Source of the DNA: Tubulanus polymorphus | Taxonomy: Eukaryota; Animalia; Nemertea | NCBI RefSeq assembly: GCF_964204645.1 | Contig: NC_134026.1 | Location: 12,547,950-12,611,949, forward strand | Reading direction: 5' to 3' | DNA: 64,000 nt | Shown here: positions 50,074-61,452 of the stretch, piece by piece | Layout: every line of letters starts with the position of its first letter | How positions within the stretch are numbered: position 1 is the first letter of the stretch | Translations under genes and position numbers: made by a program | The notes under the pieces: model-generated | What the model saw: the letters and a program-made list of their open reading frames with translations, nothing else | Database searches by the model: none | Told to the model about the DNA's origin: nothing

Positions 50074-50960
50074 ATGTCAAAGAAATCGAGTAAAAATAAT
50101 ATTGATATTGAAAAGACATTTGAAGATTTAGTTATTACAGATAATAATGATACAGTAGTTACTAATTGTATTCAAAATAATAATATTGATCATAAATACT
50201 ATTTAAAATGTAAGCATCATCTAGAATTATTAATTGCCAGCGGAAAGTGTAACGAATTCCTAAATAGAATTATAACTTTTCAAGAATTAGATAATACGAA
50301 ACCAGATAAAGTAATAAAATATTTCAAAATATACGAAGAAGCTAGATTAGCTCGAATAAACGATTCTATAAGTGATGGAATAGATGTTACTCTAAGTTAT
50401 GTAACCGGATAATACCAATTGATGATGAAAATAAATTATATAGTGATTTAAGAAATATATAAAAATTATTTAGTTATGACAGAATTACAAAAATGGGTTG
50501 GATACGCTTCATTCCGATTAGGATATTAATTTCTACTGGCGTAATAATATTTTCTAATTTCAAACCTAGAGTAAATAAACCAGATAAAATCGAATCAGAT
50601 AATAAATCAGATAATATCGAAACAGATATTGAATCAGAACAAAAATTAAGTAAAATAAATGAGTGATGATATTAAGAAGAAGCCTAGATCTGAAAAACAA
50701 ATTAAATGGGCAAGGGAATTAGGTAAAAGATCTTCAAAGAGCTAAGAAAAAGAAATAAGTGATAGAAATGAACCACAGAAATTATCTGATATTAATTCGA
50801 ATGATAATTTATCTGATTCTTCTAATACTGGAAGAAATAATTACTTATATATTACAATTGCAGTAATTAATCGCAGTAATTGTATTCTCTGGTGTTATAT
50901 ATAAATATAAATCTAAATCGATAGTAGTGATGATTATAAACCTATTATACCAGAAAATAA
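50074..50960 (+). pseudogene. Polinton hypothetical and small membrane protein genes, copy C
   Basis: Homologous to 7348-7939 and 6944-7342. Confidence 0.7.
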
Positions 50961-50962
50961 AA

Positions 50963-51741
50963 TGTTTTCGATATTTAGATATTCTAACATGTTGACCAAT
51001 TTTAAATTTAGGTTCTCCAAAATCATGTGTAACAAATGCACCATATAGATTATTCCAAACTATTTCTGAATTATCTTATTTTATAGCTTGTATGGGTTTC
51101 ATATTTATAGAACTATGTTTAGAATTATTACAACCTTTCACTAAATCATCTAACACATCGATATATTTATAAAATAAAATATTTCCACATTCTAGATTTC
51201 AATGTTTTATTAAACCTTTCTATAATAGATGCTTTTTTATCTGAATGTGTTGAAAAATATTCTACATCGCTATCAGATAATAATTTTTTGAAATGTTTAT
51301 TATAAAATTCCTTACCTTCATCAAATTGTATCTTATCTGGAATAGCTTCTTTGAATATATTTTTAAAAGCATTAGTAACTTCTATACCAGTTTTATTTTT
51401 GATTGGTATACTCCATGCGTATCTACTGAATATATCTATATCATTTAATATCCAGAAATATCCTTTGTTGTGTTCTTCTAAGTTCTTCATGTCAATTAAA
51501 TCTGCTTGCCATTGTTGATCAATATATCAAACCATAACTTTTCTTGTCAAATAATTTTTATCCATTTTCTTATGGATTTGATATGTTGGTTGATTTTGTA
51601 ACCATAATCTTAGTTCACTATATTTTATATTTTCTTTATCAGATTTAATTTTATCCCATAATTCTGAAACACTAGAATATGATACTTCACTCTCTGGGTT
51701 ATAATTTAACATAAATCTCTTAAATATTGTTCTTTTTTCAT
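50963..51741 (-). pseudogene. Integrase fragment, inverted relative to the rest of copy C
   Basis: IQFDEGKEF...IIERFNKTLK; homologous to 5846-6937. Confidence 0.85.
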
Positions 51742-52339
51742 CTTATTTTAATCCATTAATAATAATCTTGGTTTATTTTCAATGACTTTATCATTTGACT
51801 TATTTTCTGGTATAATAGGTTTATCATTATCATCATCTTTATTATTAAATTTGAATTTAGATTTATATATTACACCAGAGAATATAATAACTGTGATTAA
51901 CCCAATTGTAATAGATAAGTAATTATTTCTTCCAGTACTTGCTGACTTTCGTCGAAAACCCTCTTGTAATTCTGTTGATTGTTATTATTATTATTTACAT
52001 ATTTTCCACTTTTTTTCATCACATAAAATTCATCTCTCGGATTCGACAACTGACAGCTACTAAACGGAATGCTGAATTCTGAGAGAAATATAACAGATTT
52101 TTCTTCGCGTAGATTCTATCAATGCACTCTCCATCCTATTTTAAACTTAAAATTACATTCAGACAGCTAACACCGGTGGAAATATACTACCCCAGTGATC
52201 GGCTATCGGAATGTCCCTTCAGGTGTTCCGTACTCCTGCATACGGTATACCTGAATACACCGATGAAACGATAATACGTCCAAGGAATGCTCCAATATCG
52301 GGTCCAAGTCCAAGAGTTTACGAGGCGGCGTTCGCGAGT

Positions 52340-55300
52340 CTTCTTCTTCTTCTTTAGAGCAATGTGGAGGACCCGTAGTTGAGCATTGTCCCACAGCGTT
52401 TGTCAGCGATGCTCGGACTGGATATCAGTTACGGTTAAAATTCAAATATGTAGAGTTAAAAAAAGAAAACAATGTTGGCTGAGTAGGTGACATCTATTTG
52501 GAGCTCCACTGCCGGAGGAGCGCAGCCTTGAATGCATCTGCTAAGGACGAAGCACATATCTCTTCTGGTACACTATTCCATAGACGGATAGTTGACGGGA
52601 AAAAGGAGTGAAGCTTCACGTTGGTCCTCGTATGATGTACCATCAGTCTATGTGCTACCTTTGTGCTTCGTCTTGCTGGTGTGATGATGCTATCGTCCAC
52701 CTTGATGTCGATAGGTCCATTGATGATTTTGTACATCATCGTGGCCTTGTTAACATTTCTGCGAGTCTGAAGAGTGTCAAGATCGAGGCGTTGGACTAAT
52801 TCAGTAGCGCTTGAAGAACGACTGAAATTACGATTAATTCTTCTGGAAGCATGACGTTGAGTCATCTCAAGTTCGTTGATGAGCTTTGTTTGGTATGGGC
52901 TCCAAACTGTAGAGGCGTATTCAACGATAGGTCGAGTGAGCGTCTTGTAACACTGAATGTGAGCTTGAGTTGAGCAGCCTTTCAGGTTCCTGTGGACTAA
53001 GGCGCTCGCTCTGTTGGCTTTTGCTGCTATTGCTTGTATGTGATCACCCCAGGTTAAGTTCTTGTTGAATACTAGCCCAAGGTATTTAGCCTTGTCAACT
53101 TGATCTAGGGGTTGACCGTGCAGATGTTACGTAGATACAATCGGTTTCTTGCGCTGTGTAATGGTGATGGAATGGCATTTCTTGACATTGAACCCCATTT
53201 GCCATCGTTTCTCCCGTTCACCCAGTTTAGTGAGATCGTTTTGGAGGCGCTCAGTGTCTGACAGAGTTTTAATTCGTTCATACAGTATCGTGTCATCAGC
53301 GAACAGACGTACTACGCATTGGGTATCGTTTCCCAACTCATTGATGTAGATCAAAAACAATGTGGGCCCAAGCCTTGTGGCACACCTGATGTCACAGGTC
53401 CAATATCAGAGTATTTACTTTCTACTAGCACCTGTTGAGTTCTATTGGACAAGAAGTTCTCGATCCATGTCAATGTTCTGTCGCGTATGCCATAGTAGTT
53501 GAGCTTTACACCGAGGCGCAGATGGGGCACGGGGCACTTTATCGAATGCCTTCGAAAAGTCCAATAATATGGCATCAGTTTGTAGACCAGAGTCAATAGT
53601 TGTGCTAAAATCATCGGTTGTAAGAATCAGTTGATTCTCGCAGGAACGGTTTTTACGGAAACCGTGTTGCCCATCGGTGAGAATTTGGTGAGTCTCAAAG
53701 TGTTTTGTTATTTCACTCCTGATGATGTGTTCTAGCAACTTGGAACATATTGATGTAAGTGAGACTGGTCGATAGTTTTCTGGTTGACTCCTATTACCTG
53801 CTTTGAAGATTGGCTGCACAGAGGCGTGTTTCCAAATTTCTGGTATTTCACCGGTACGTAACGATTCGTTAAACAGTAGACAGACGGCCGGAGCTATTTC
53901 TTGCGCTACGGCTTGAAGGATACGACCTGGAATATTGTCTGGTCCACATGTTTTTCTTGGGTTGATTTTATTCAACAGGCAGTATACCCCATGACTGGAT
54001 ACTTGTATATCCGGCATCGCTGGGTAGGGGCTTTCTCCAAGTGACGGAATGTTTGAGGTATCTTCTTTTGTGAAGACTGAGCAGAACTGATTATTCAATA
54101 TGTTGCTCTTCGCTGAACTATCACTGAAGGTAATGCCACTGCTTGTAAGAGGAGCGACACCAGTCATGTCAGTTTTCCTGCTTTTTATGTATTTCCATAT
54201 GCGCTTAGAGCTGCTATCACTGGTGAGCATTTCTGCAATGTACTTGTGATAAGCAGTCCGATTTGCCTTCCTAGTTTCGCGTTTTAGTCTACGGTATCGT
54301 CTTTCTGATCGTTTTGATTTGGATGTTTTGGCTTTTTTCCAAGCTCTGGCTTTACGACGGGAAAGCTTTTTGAGTTCGTGATTTATCCATGGTTGGTGGA
54401 ATTTTGTCGATGTAGTCGTCGTTGGGACATGATCTTTTTGAATTTTGAGTAGGTGATTTTGCAGTTCGATCCACTTGGTATTGATTGGTGCTTCTGAGGT
54501 CGAATGACGAGTGCAGAAGTCATGTGTGAATCTAGTGGTATCTGTTCTCATTTCATCGAATTTGGCTTTTTTCCATACGCTGACTGTACGAGGATGATTG
54601 GTTCGTTTTTACAGTCGATCTCTAAACGGACAAATACTGCCTCTGATGGAGTGTTTATCTGGATCTCCTGTGAGATTAATAGTTTTTTGATCGCGACAAG
54701 GACGCGCCATATTCATCATGCCTGTCCTTGCGGTAGACGTCGTAACCTTCCGGGAAAATTTCGGCGTTATGTATCTCTGGCTTTAACCAGGTTTCAGAAC
54801 CAAGGATTATGTCAGGATCAGTGTACGTGGTTAGATTCCAAAGTTCGGTTTTTTTGGGCGGATGCTCTGAAAGTTGATCACTAGTGTTCGCGTCGTCGCG
54901 TTGCATTTCACCGCTACTGGGTTACGCGAAGAGGTGCCACATGACGATGATGGGCTATGCAAGTTCGAAAAGCTATCCTGGGTTTCAAGAATATTTTGTG
55001 TTCCTCTGAGCATAATCGGTGACGAGGCATGTACTGGTGTACCCAACTGCTGCGACGAGGTGTTACCATCAGTGTCAAGAGACGAGGTCCTAGATATATC
55101 AAGAAGTGATGGGTGGCTGATATTCAGCGATTCAGTCGCTGTGGTTGTGAATAAAGTAGATGAAAAGTTCGGTGTACCGCATATGTAACATGTCCACAAT
55201 GAGGTGGACGTCTCAAGTTCATATAGCTGGTCAGACATGCCAACACAGTTTGTATGGAACCATAGGTTACATATGTCGCAAGCAATCCCTTTCTGCGTCC

Positions 55301-55763
55301 ACTGCACTGCCTTCGTGCACACTCCGCACGGGTATTTTGGTGTACGCGGGCCAGGATTGGGTTGAATATCGTGTGCTATCATCAACATAAGCAGGACGAC
55401 TAGGCCTATGCGCCACCATTGTGCAGGATGCCACCTAATAATGTCGATATATATGTAGAAGGATGGAAATGGCATTTTGATTTGATTGTTATTGTTTTTT
55501 AGTTGTCCAATATGGCCGATTTCCGGTTTTCGACATTTTACACAGGATGGTAATCAGGTTGATTTAACTTGATTAAAACTAGTCTTCAAAGTTCGTAGTA
55601 GCTGGATAGTCCGTGTCCAGTATCCGCAAGCTTTTATGAATGATTTTTATGCAACATTATGCAATTATAATTAGTCCAATAACGTTGTTAGAGGTATTTT
55701 TCGAAAGTTTTTGGTCACGAAAGTTGAGAGCTGTTATCCAGTCCGCGCATGCGCAGTCAGAGC
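52340..55763 (-). mobile_element. Single-ORF non-LTR retrotransposon (RTEX/CR1-like): 2A-like motif, PHD, APE endonuclease, RT; frameshifted
   Basis: DIQPNPGP; PHD CGVC..CDIC..H..C..CYIC; INFQSI and SETWL; QHGFR, LDFSKAFD, GVPQG, LFADD, KYLG; (GAA)n 3' tail at 52340-52352. The 5' boundary is approximate and no TSD was found. Confidence 0.9.
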
Positions 55764-56164
55764 AGGTTTAAAGGCATTTGTTTGTTGTTGCCTCCCCTGT
55801 ATTATTGATTTCCTGTTATTCCGGTTATTTTATTTAAATATATTGCTGATCTGTTCATGTAAACAAAAGCGCCAATACATACACTTTTAACTGATCAAGT
55901 TTAAATCAAGGTCGTTGAGTCGCGGTGGCTACCCACTAGAATGACCTTCGACTACATTCAGAGAGAACAGAAACAATAGAAAAGTATCAGGTGATTATCG
56001 ATAGCCTACTACTACGGAAAACACAGACAGTTGACAAACAGTGTTAGGCCTGTGTCGGTTCGTGCGTACTGGGACTAAAATATACTGGTTGGTTCGGTTG
56101 TGAAGTGTGGAAGCTAAGAAAGCCTACCGGTATTTATTTGTCTATAATAGGCCTGTTAGATAGT

Positions 56165-57580
56165 AGTCAACACCATTTTAAGTAGGAAGTTGTTACCGGT
56201 ACGTTACTGTACGCTGATCTCCACAGGTTAAACGTACGTGAGTTCCCTACTAACGCCATACGTGAGTTCCTAGTAGCCAATACCATTTTAAGTACGAAAT
56301 TGTTACCCGTACGTGACGGTACGGTGATATCCACAGGTTAACCGTACGTAAGTTCCCTACAAACGCCGTACGTGAGTTCCTATAATCTGCAAACGCGCAT
56401 GCGTGAAAGAATAGAGTTTGAGTTAGATGAAGCTAGGCTATTTGTAAATCAAATTTCATCCACCCTGCAGTTACGTTATGTGGCACATTGGGTAAATCAC
56501 TGGACTACTACTGGATTTTTTTTTGTTAGGTTTCGAATCCCAATATTGCAAGTCTGAGCGTCAACGTACTCACATGCGGCAATCTTGTAGAAATCACCGT
56601 ACAGTCACGTACAGGTAACAACAGCGTTTTAAGTATTAGGTGAGTACGATAAGCCTACCATGCCTACGCCTACGTACTACAAACATAACTTTTTCCCTCT
56701 CGTCGGCCATACAGTGATGTTACTATTACTGGTGCCATTATAACACGGATAGGATTTGGTCAGGACTAGCCTAAAGTATAATTCAGTCTATGCACCAATT
56801 CACTCGATAGGCCTATTTTTAAAACAATACAGTGAAGTATGCACACGCAGAAAGGCTAATTGATTTGAGCCATGCAATTAAATTTTACTCAGGCCATCTC
56901 AGACCTGCTGACATTAATAGGCAAACCTAGATCCAAAACGTTCATGTGGTCACGGCTTGTATACCAGAAGTCAATGTAGGCCTGTACATTTTGCTGTACG
57001 TAGGTTTGGTATACCGATTTCTTGACTGATAAGTGTACGGTACAGCTGTACGCATTATACAATTGTACCAATGGGAATAGGGCCTATTGATTGGTCATAT
57101 TATTTCCTGCTTTAGAACACTGAAATAAGTCTTACGTTCATTCAAATATCCAACATCGGTGAAAGTTTGATTACTGCATACATGTACTGTAGGTTTTCAT
57201 GTTGTATGAATATTTTGCAGTTCAAATGGGTATGATGGTGATTCCAATGTACAATAAACACATGAAGTTAAATGGTCAAGGACAGTCAACACCAAGATAG
57301 ATGTTGCACCGTAGAAGATCTGATTCTTTCAACCCAAGCGAAGTGATTCAACACGATCGACGAAACACTGGAATAGGTTTGCAGTGACTAACAGTTCATT
57401 TAGTCCTATGTATTTTCAATTTTGATTTAATTGTAATTGAAACTCTGGAACTGTTAACAAGAGACAAGTAAGACAAGTTGAAAAAACACAAGTTATGCTT
57501 GATTCTCATATTCAAATTTAATTCAAATTCAAATTTATTTTATAACATCATATTTACAAAGCATATCATTGGTTCATACA
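56165..57580 (-). repeat. Dispersed non-coding repeat, copy 2, with about two 110-bp units
   Basis: Reverse complement of parts of 42007-44680. Confidence 0.8.
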
Positions 57581-57583
57581 CTA

Positions 57584-59625
57584 TAGTCAGGGATATGAGA
57601 TCTAAAAAGGGTCTTTGAATAAGGTTTCGTTTACTTCATCTGTTATATGGACAAATTATACATCGATGGAAAGGTAACATCAACAGCCATCACTGAGTAT
57701 GTTGTCACCCTTGACAACTGGTGCAATTTTGTACAATGCTGTTACCAAGGTTACAGAATTACTAAAATGACGATGATTTCATCACTTTTTCTGGAAATTT
57801 ATTCCCTTCATAGGCCTAACTCAAAATCGGATTGAGATAATGTTTCAATTCCAACGGTTACCGACAGCTCACCTATTGTTCTTTTGTTTGAAGACCAAAA
57901 ATAAATCATCGATCACGCTTGGATGCCTTTATATTTAAGATTTAGTCGTTTTTCCCCATTTTTACGCATAATGGCCAAATGGTAAGTTCCGCAAAATTCA
58001 TCAGTCACCCTTAGCAACCAACAATGCGATATATAGAACCCCCATATAATGTTCTATAAGCTACATTGTTGAGGAAGCCCTGTCTCATTGCGTTGCCATG
58101 GGAACGGGTTCCAATTAACACATCTTGTTAAATTTCGGGTCTATCTTGATTCATTAAATTGCTCATATCTCCGCAATGGGTGGACTTAGAAACGAAATTT
58201 TTGTGGGGAACCCTATGTTTTTGAGGCTGATCTTTCATTTCCAACGTATAATGGAGGGATTGCTTGAGGATTTCATGCATAATCATAGTCATCATCCATT
58301 TCCATAGGCAAAAATCCGATAATTTTTGATGTCTGTCTGATCTTATCTGATTTTAATTTGCACGATAATTGACTTAGCATGTCAAATAATTATGAAATGT
58401 TGTTGGTATTGACAGGAAACCGTGAAACTGCAACATATGTTTTTTACTTTTACAAATTGAATAAGGCCTAAATATGCATGAAAATTTCACATTAATTTTG
58501 AATTCAGCAAATTATGATTTACGTTTCCATTAGTTTTTCAACAATACTATCCATTAAATTTCATAAGAAAGGAAAGAACGGTGTTTTATATCTCTGCTCA
58601 GTTTCCTGTATTCAAGCACGGGTAAATTAATGTAAGAATGATTTCAATAAATTTTAATTTTAATTCGGGCCATATTTCTTCTTTTTGAAATACAATTTAG
58701 ATTAATGGATAAAAAGCTGCTGTTTATGTTTAAGGAAGTTTCATTTCAGCTAGGCCTAGGCCTATTTACTTTTAAATTATGTGCCCTAAATGTAATGTTC
58801 AGCTGTTTTATTTTCTTCGTTGTGATCATTAAGTTATGCTAGGTCTTAAAGATTTCCATTTGTCTTATAGGCAAAAATGTCTTCATCTAAAGGGTGTCAT
58901 CGGGTATGTGTGATATGTCAAATGGGTGATACAGACGGCGATGAATTGATACACCCAAGTCCAAGATCGTTCCAAAGCTTCTGTAGATCAGTAGATAAGA
59001 GGAATGACAAGAGATTGATATTTTACACTGAGGATGGAAAAGAGAATGTTGCTTGGCATCGTCATTGTTATTGTTCATACACAAGTAAAGGTAATATAAA
59101 ACGAATTATGAAGAGACAATTAGTGTATCCTTAGGTAGATAATAGTGAAGATGAACACATTTTGGAACGCGTGAAACGTGAAAAATTCGATTGGGCCTGC
59201 TGTGTGTTCTGTGGGAAGTTGTCATACAAAAAGGAAAGGAAAATGTCGACGGTTGAAACGAAGGAGGGGGCAAGGATCATCCAAGAAGCTGGTTTTATAC
59301 ATTGTGATGCAGTTCACCGTAGGATAATAAGTAAGGATTTAGTGGCAAAAGCAGCACAATATCATACTCAATGTCGTGCTACTATGTTAACTATGTTAAC
59401 AGTTCAACACGTAAGCAATCGCCAAATTCAGATATATTTTCAGAAGCGTTCCAGGTTCTGCTTGACCAAGTCGACCAGCAATTGTGTATTGAACGTCATA
59501 TATTCGATATGGGTGAATTGACTGACCAGTACGAAAGTATTTTGAGAAACATGCGTACGCTAATTCATACGGAATATAAATCCCAGAACCTGAAGTCAAG
59601 ACTAATCCAGGGAAAAAGACACTAA
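57584..59625 (+). mobile_element. 5' part of an Academ-like DNA transposon with transposase N-terminal Zn motifs (58877-59625)
   Basis: CVICQ...WHRHCY..YT and FDW.CC.FC...DLVA..A.YH..C. A TAG-starting end at 57584 falls exactly where the preceding repeat is cut. Superfamily assigned from recollection of motifs. Confidence 0.5.
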
Positions 59626-60639
59626 GTATTTGGATGCATATATAAAAGCTGTGGGTATCGGAGTGTGTAATGGGTAGTGTAGTGTGATCTGTGTGCATTT
59701 GTGGCCAGCACACAGATCACATTGTTCATTGGGGTAATAACGTAGGTGGAGTTATGGAGTTGGTGGTAATGATGGGTGGAATATACAGAAACAGGTAATG
59801 AAAGCATAAGACTCATGTAATAATGATTGAAATGAGGAATTTATTACAACATTCAGCATAACATAACAGTACACAATTGCACTTACCCCTCCCCTAGGCA
59901 GTTACAAACTTAAAGCAATTAAACCCGCTGCAAAGTAGGGGGTACTAACGTACAATAGTAAAGATAAGTACAACAACATAAAATCAGGCGCACAAATAAG
60001 AAATTGAAAGCGGGGATACTTAGGAATACTACATGTAACATACAGTGAAATACAATAGTTACTCGAAAATTCAATAGAAAGAGGTCAGTGAAAAATGCAG
60101 TCAACTTACAAGTATATATGTATATAAAGGAATATATTGTTTCTTGTTGGCATTTTTGCCTACTCTACAAGTGACATTTGTCCTGGTGGCATTTGTTCAT
60201 ATGTTGCGAAATTTGGTAAGTATAGTAGGTGGTTACATTGTACAAGTGCAGTATGGGGATAAAGGAATTATTATAGACATACATAATCATAGGCTAAATA
60301 ACATAAGAACAAATGACATAAGTGGAACCAAATTGTGGAATAGAAATAACCGTAACAAAATGAAATGTATGACGAAATAATATCATGACAACAAATGACA
60401 AAATTGAAAGAAAATGTTTGAATATAAAAACGTATAACAAAATGAAATTGAGATAACTGTGAAGTTAGATATGATAATACGGTTTTCACATAATATTAAA
60501 TAGATATAAATGACATTAGACATATATTGTAAATGGGCATAACGTAATCATAACATAACAATAAATGACAGAACGGAAATAAAAATTTATTGGTTTGAAA
60601 AAGGTATCACAAAAGGTCATGGATATAAGTATGAACATG

Positions 60640-61452
60640 GATAATACTAACTTACATATCATCTGTAATTATTAAATGTTTATCTATTCCATCAAATGTA
60701 GTGAATTTTGGAATTATTGTATTGAATAAGATTTTATCTTTATCATTCGATAACTCTATTATTAGATAATGATTTTTAAACACTAATTCAGTAATATTTT
60801 TCACTTGAAAACGAAGACGCGCAGTTTTAATCAAATCTTTAATAGGAATGAAATTTTTAATTGTAAAATATTTTTCTAAATCATGTAAATCGATATCTTT
60901 GAATTGTAGTATCTTCTCATTCACATTTATAAGATATTTTTTTATTAAAATTTATATTTTCATCAACTCGTTAATTACTCGTTACTTTTAAACATAAAAT
61001 AAGAATTTAACGCATATAAATATAAATATTCACTGTTTTAAATATGAATTATTTCACTCGTTAATTACTCGTTACTTTAATACTGAAAATAAGAATTTAA
61101 CACATTTAAATATAAATATTCACTACTATGTCTATCTAAATGTGTTCTATTGTGTCTTGCTTTTTGGGATTTATCTATATTGATTTTACATGTTGAACAG
61201 TAGTACTTCTTATTTGCATCCATTCTAATATCAAATTTTTTATTAAAATTGAATTTAGAAGTTATTCATTTATATGTTATTCATATATATGAATATTTTA
61301 AGAGTACTAGGGATAATGGTGGTTCATATCAAAGGTTGAAGGGGCGTGTGAGTAAAAAATGAAAAATAAATTCGAGCGTGCGAGAATTATTTTTCATTTT
61401 TATGAGCTCGACCGTTCGACCTTTGGTATGAATCCCCATTATCCCTATTACT
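60640..61452 (-). mobile_element. Polinton copy D: TIR plus start of the Zn-finger/polB region
   Basis: TIR with hairpin at 61303-61452; reverse strand reads MDANKKYYCSTCKINIDKSQKARH; abrupt AT-rich composition. Confidence 0.85.

Larger units (their letters stand above)
45638..51939 (-). mobile_element. Polinton copy C: rearranged fragment in reverse orientation
   Basis: TIR with hairpin at 45638-45749; tandem HNH genes; homologues of the 7348 and 6944 genes on +; inverted integrase fragments at 50963-51939. Confidence 0.85.

Noticed and set aside
60960-61130. About 90-bp tandem duplication in copy D
   Set aside because: Local decay duplication with no sign of function.
45638-61452. Copies C and D as the two ends of one element
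   Set aside because: Orientation is compatible, but the flanks (TGACAA versus ATGAAT) are not a TSD and the hairpins differ.
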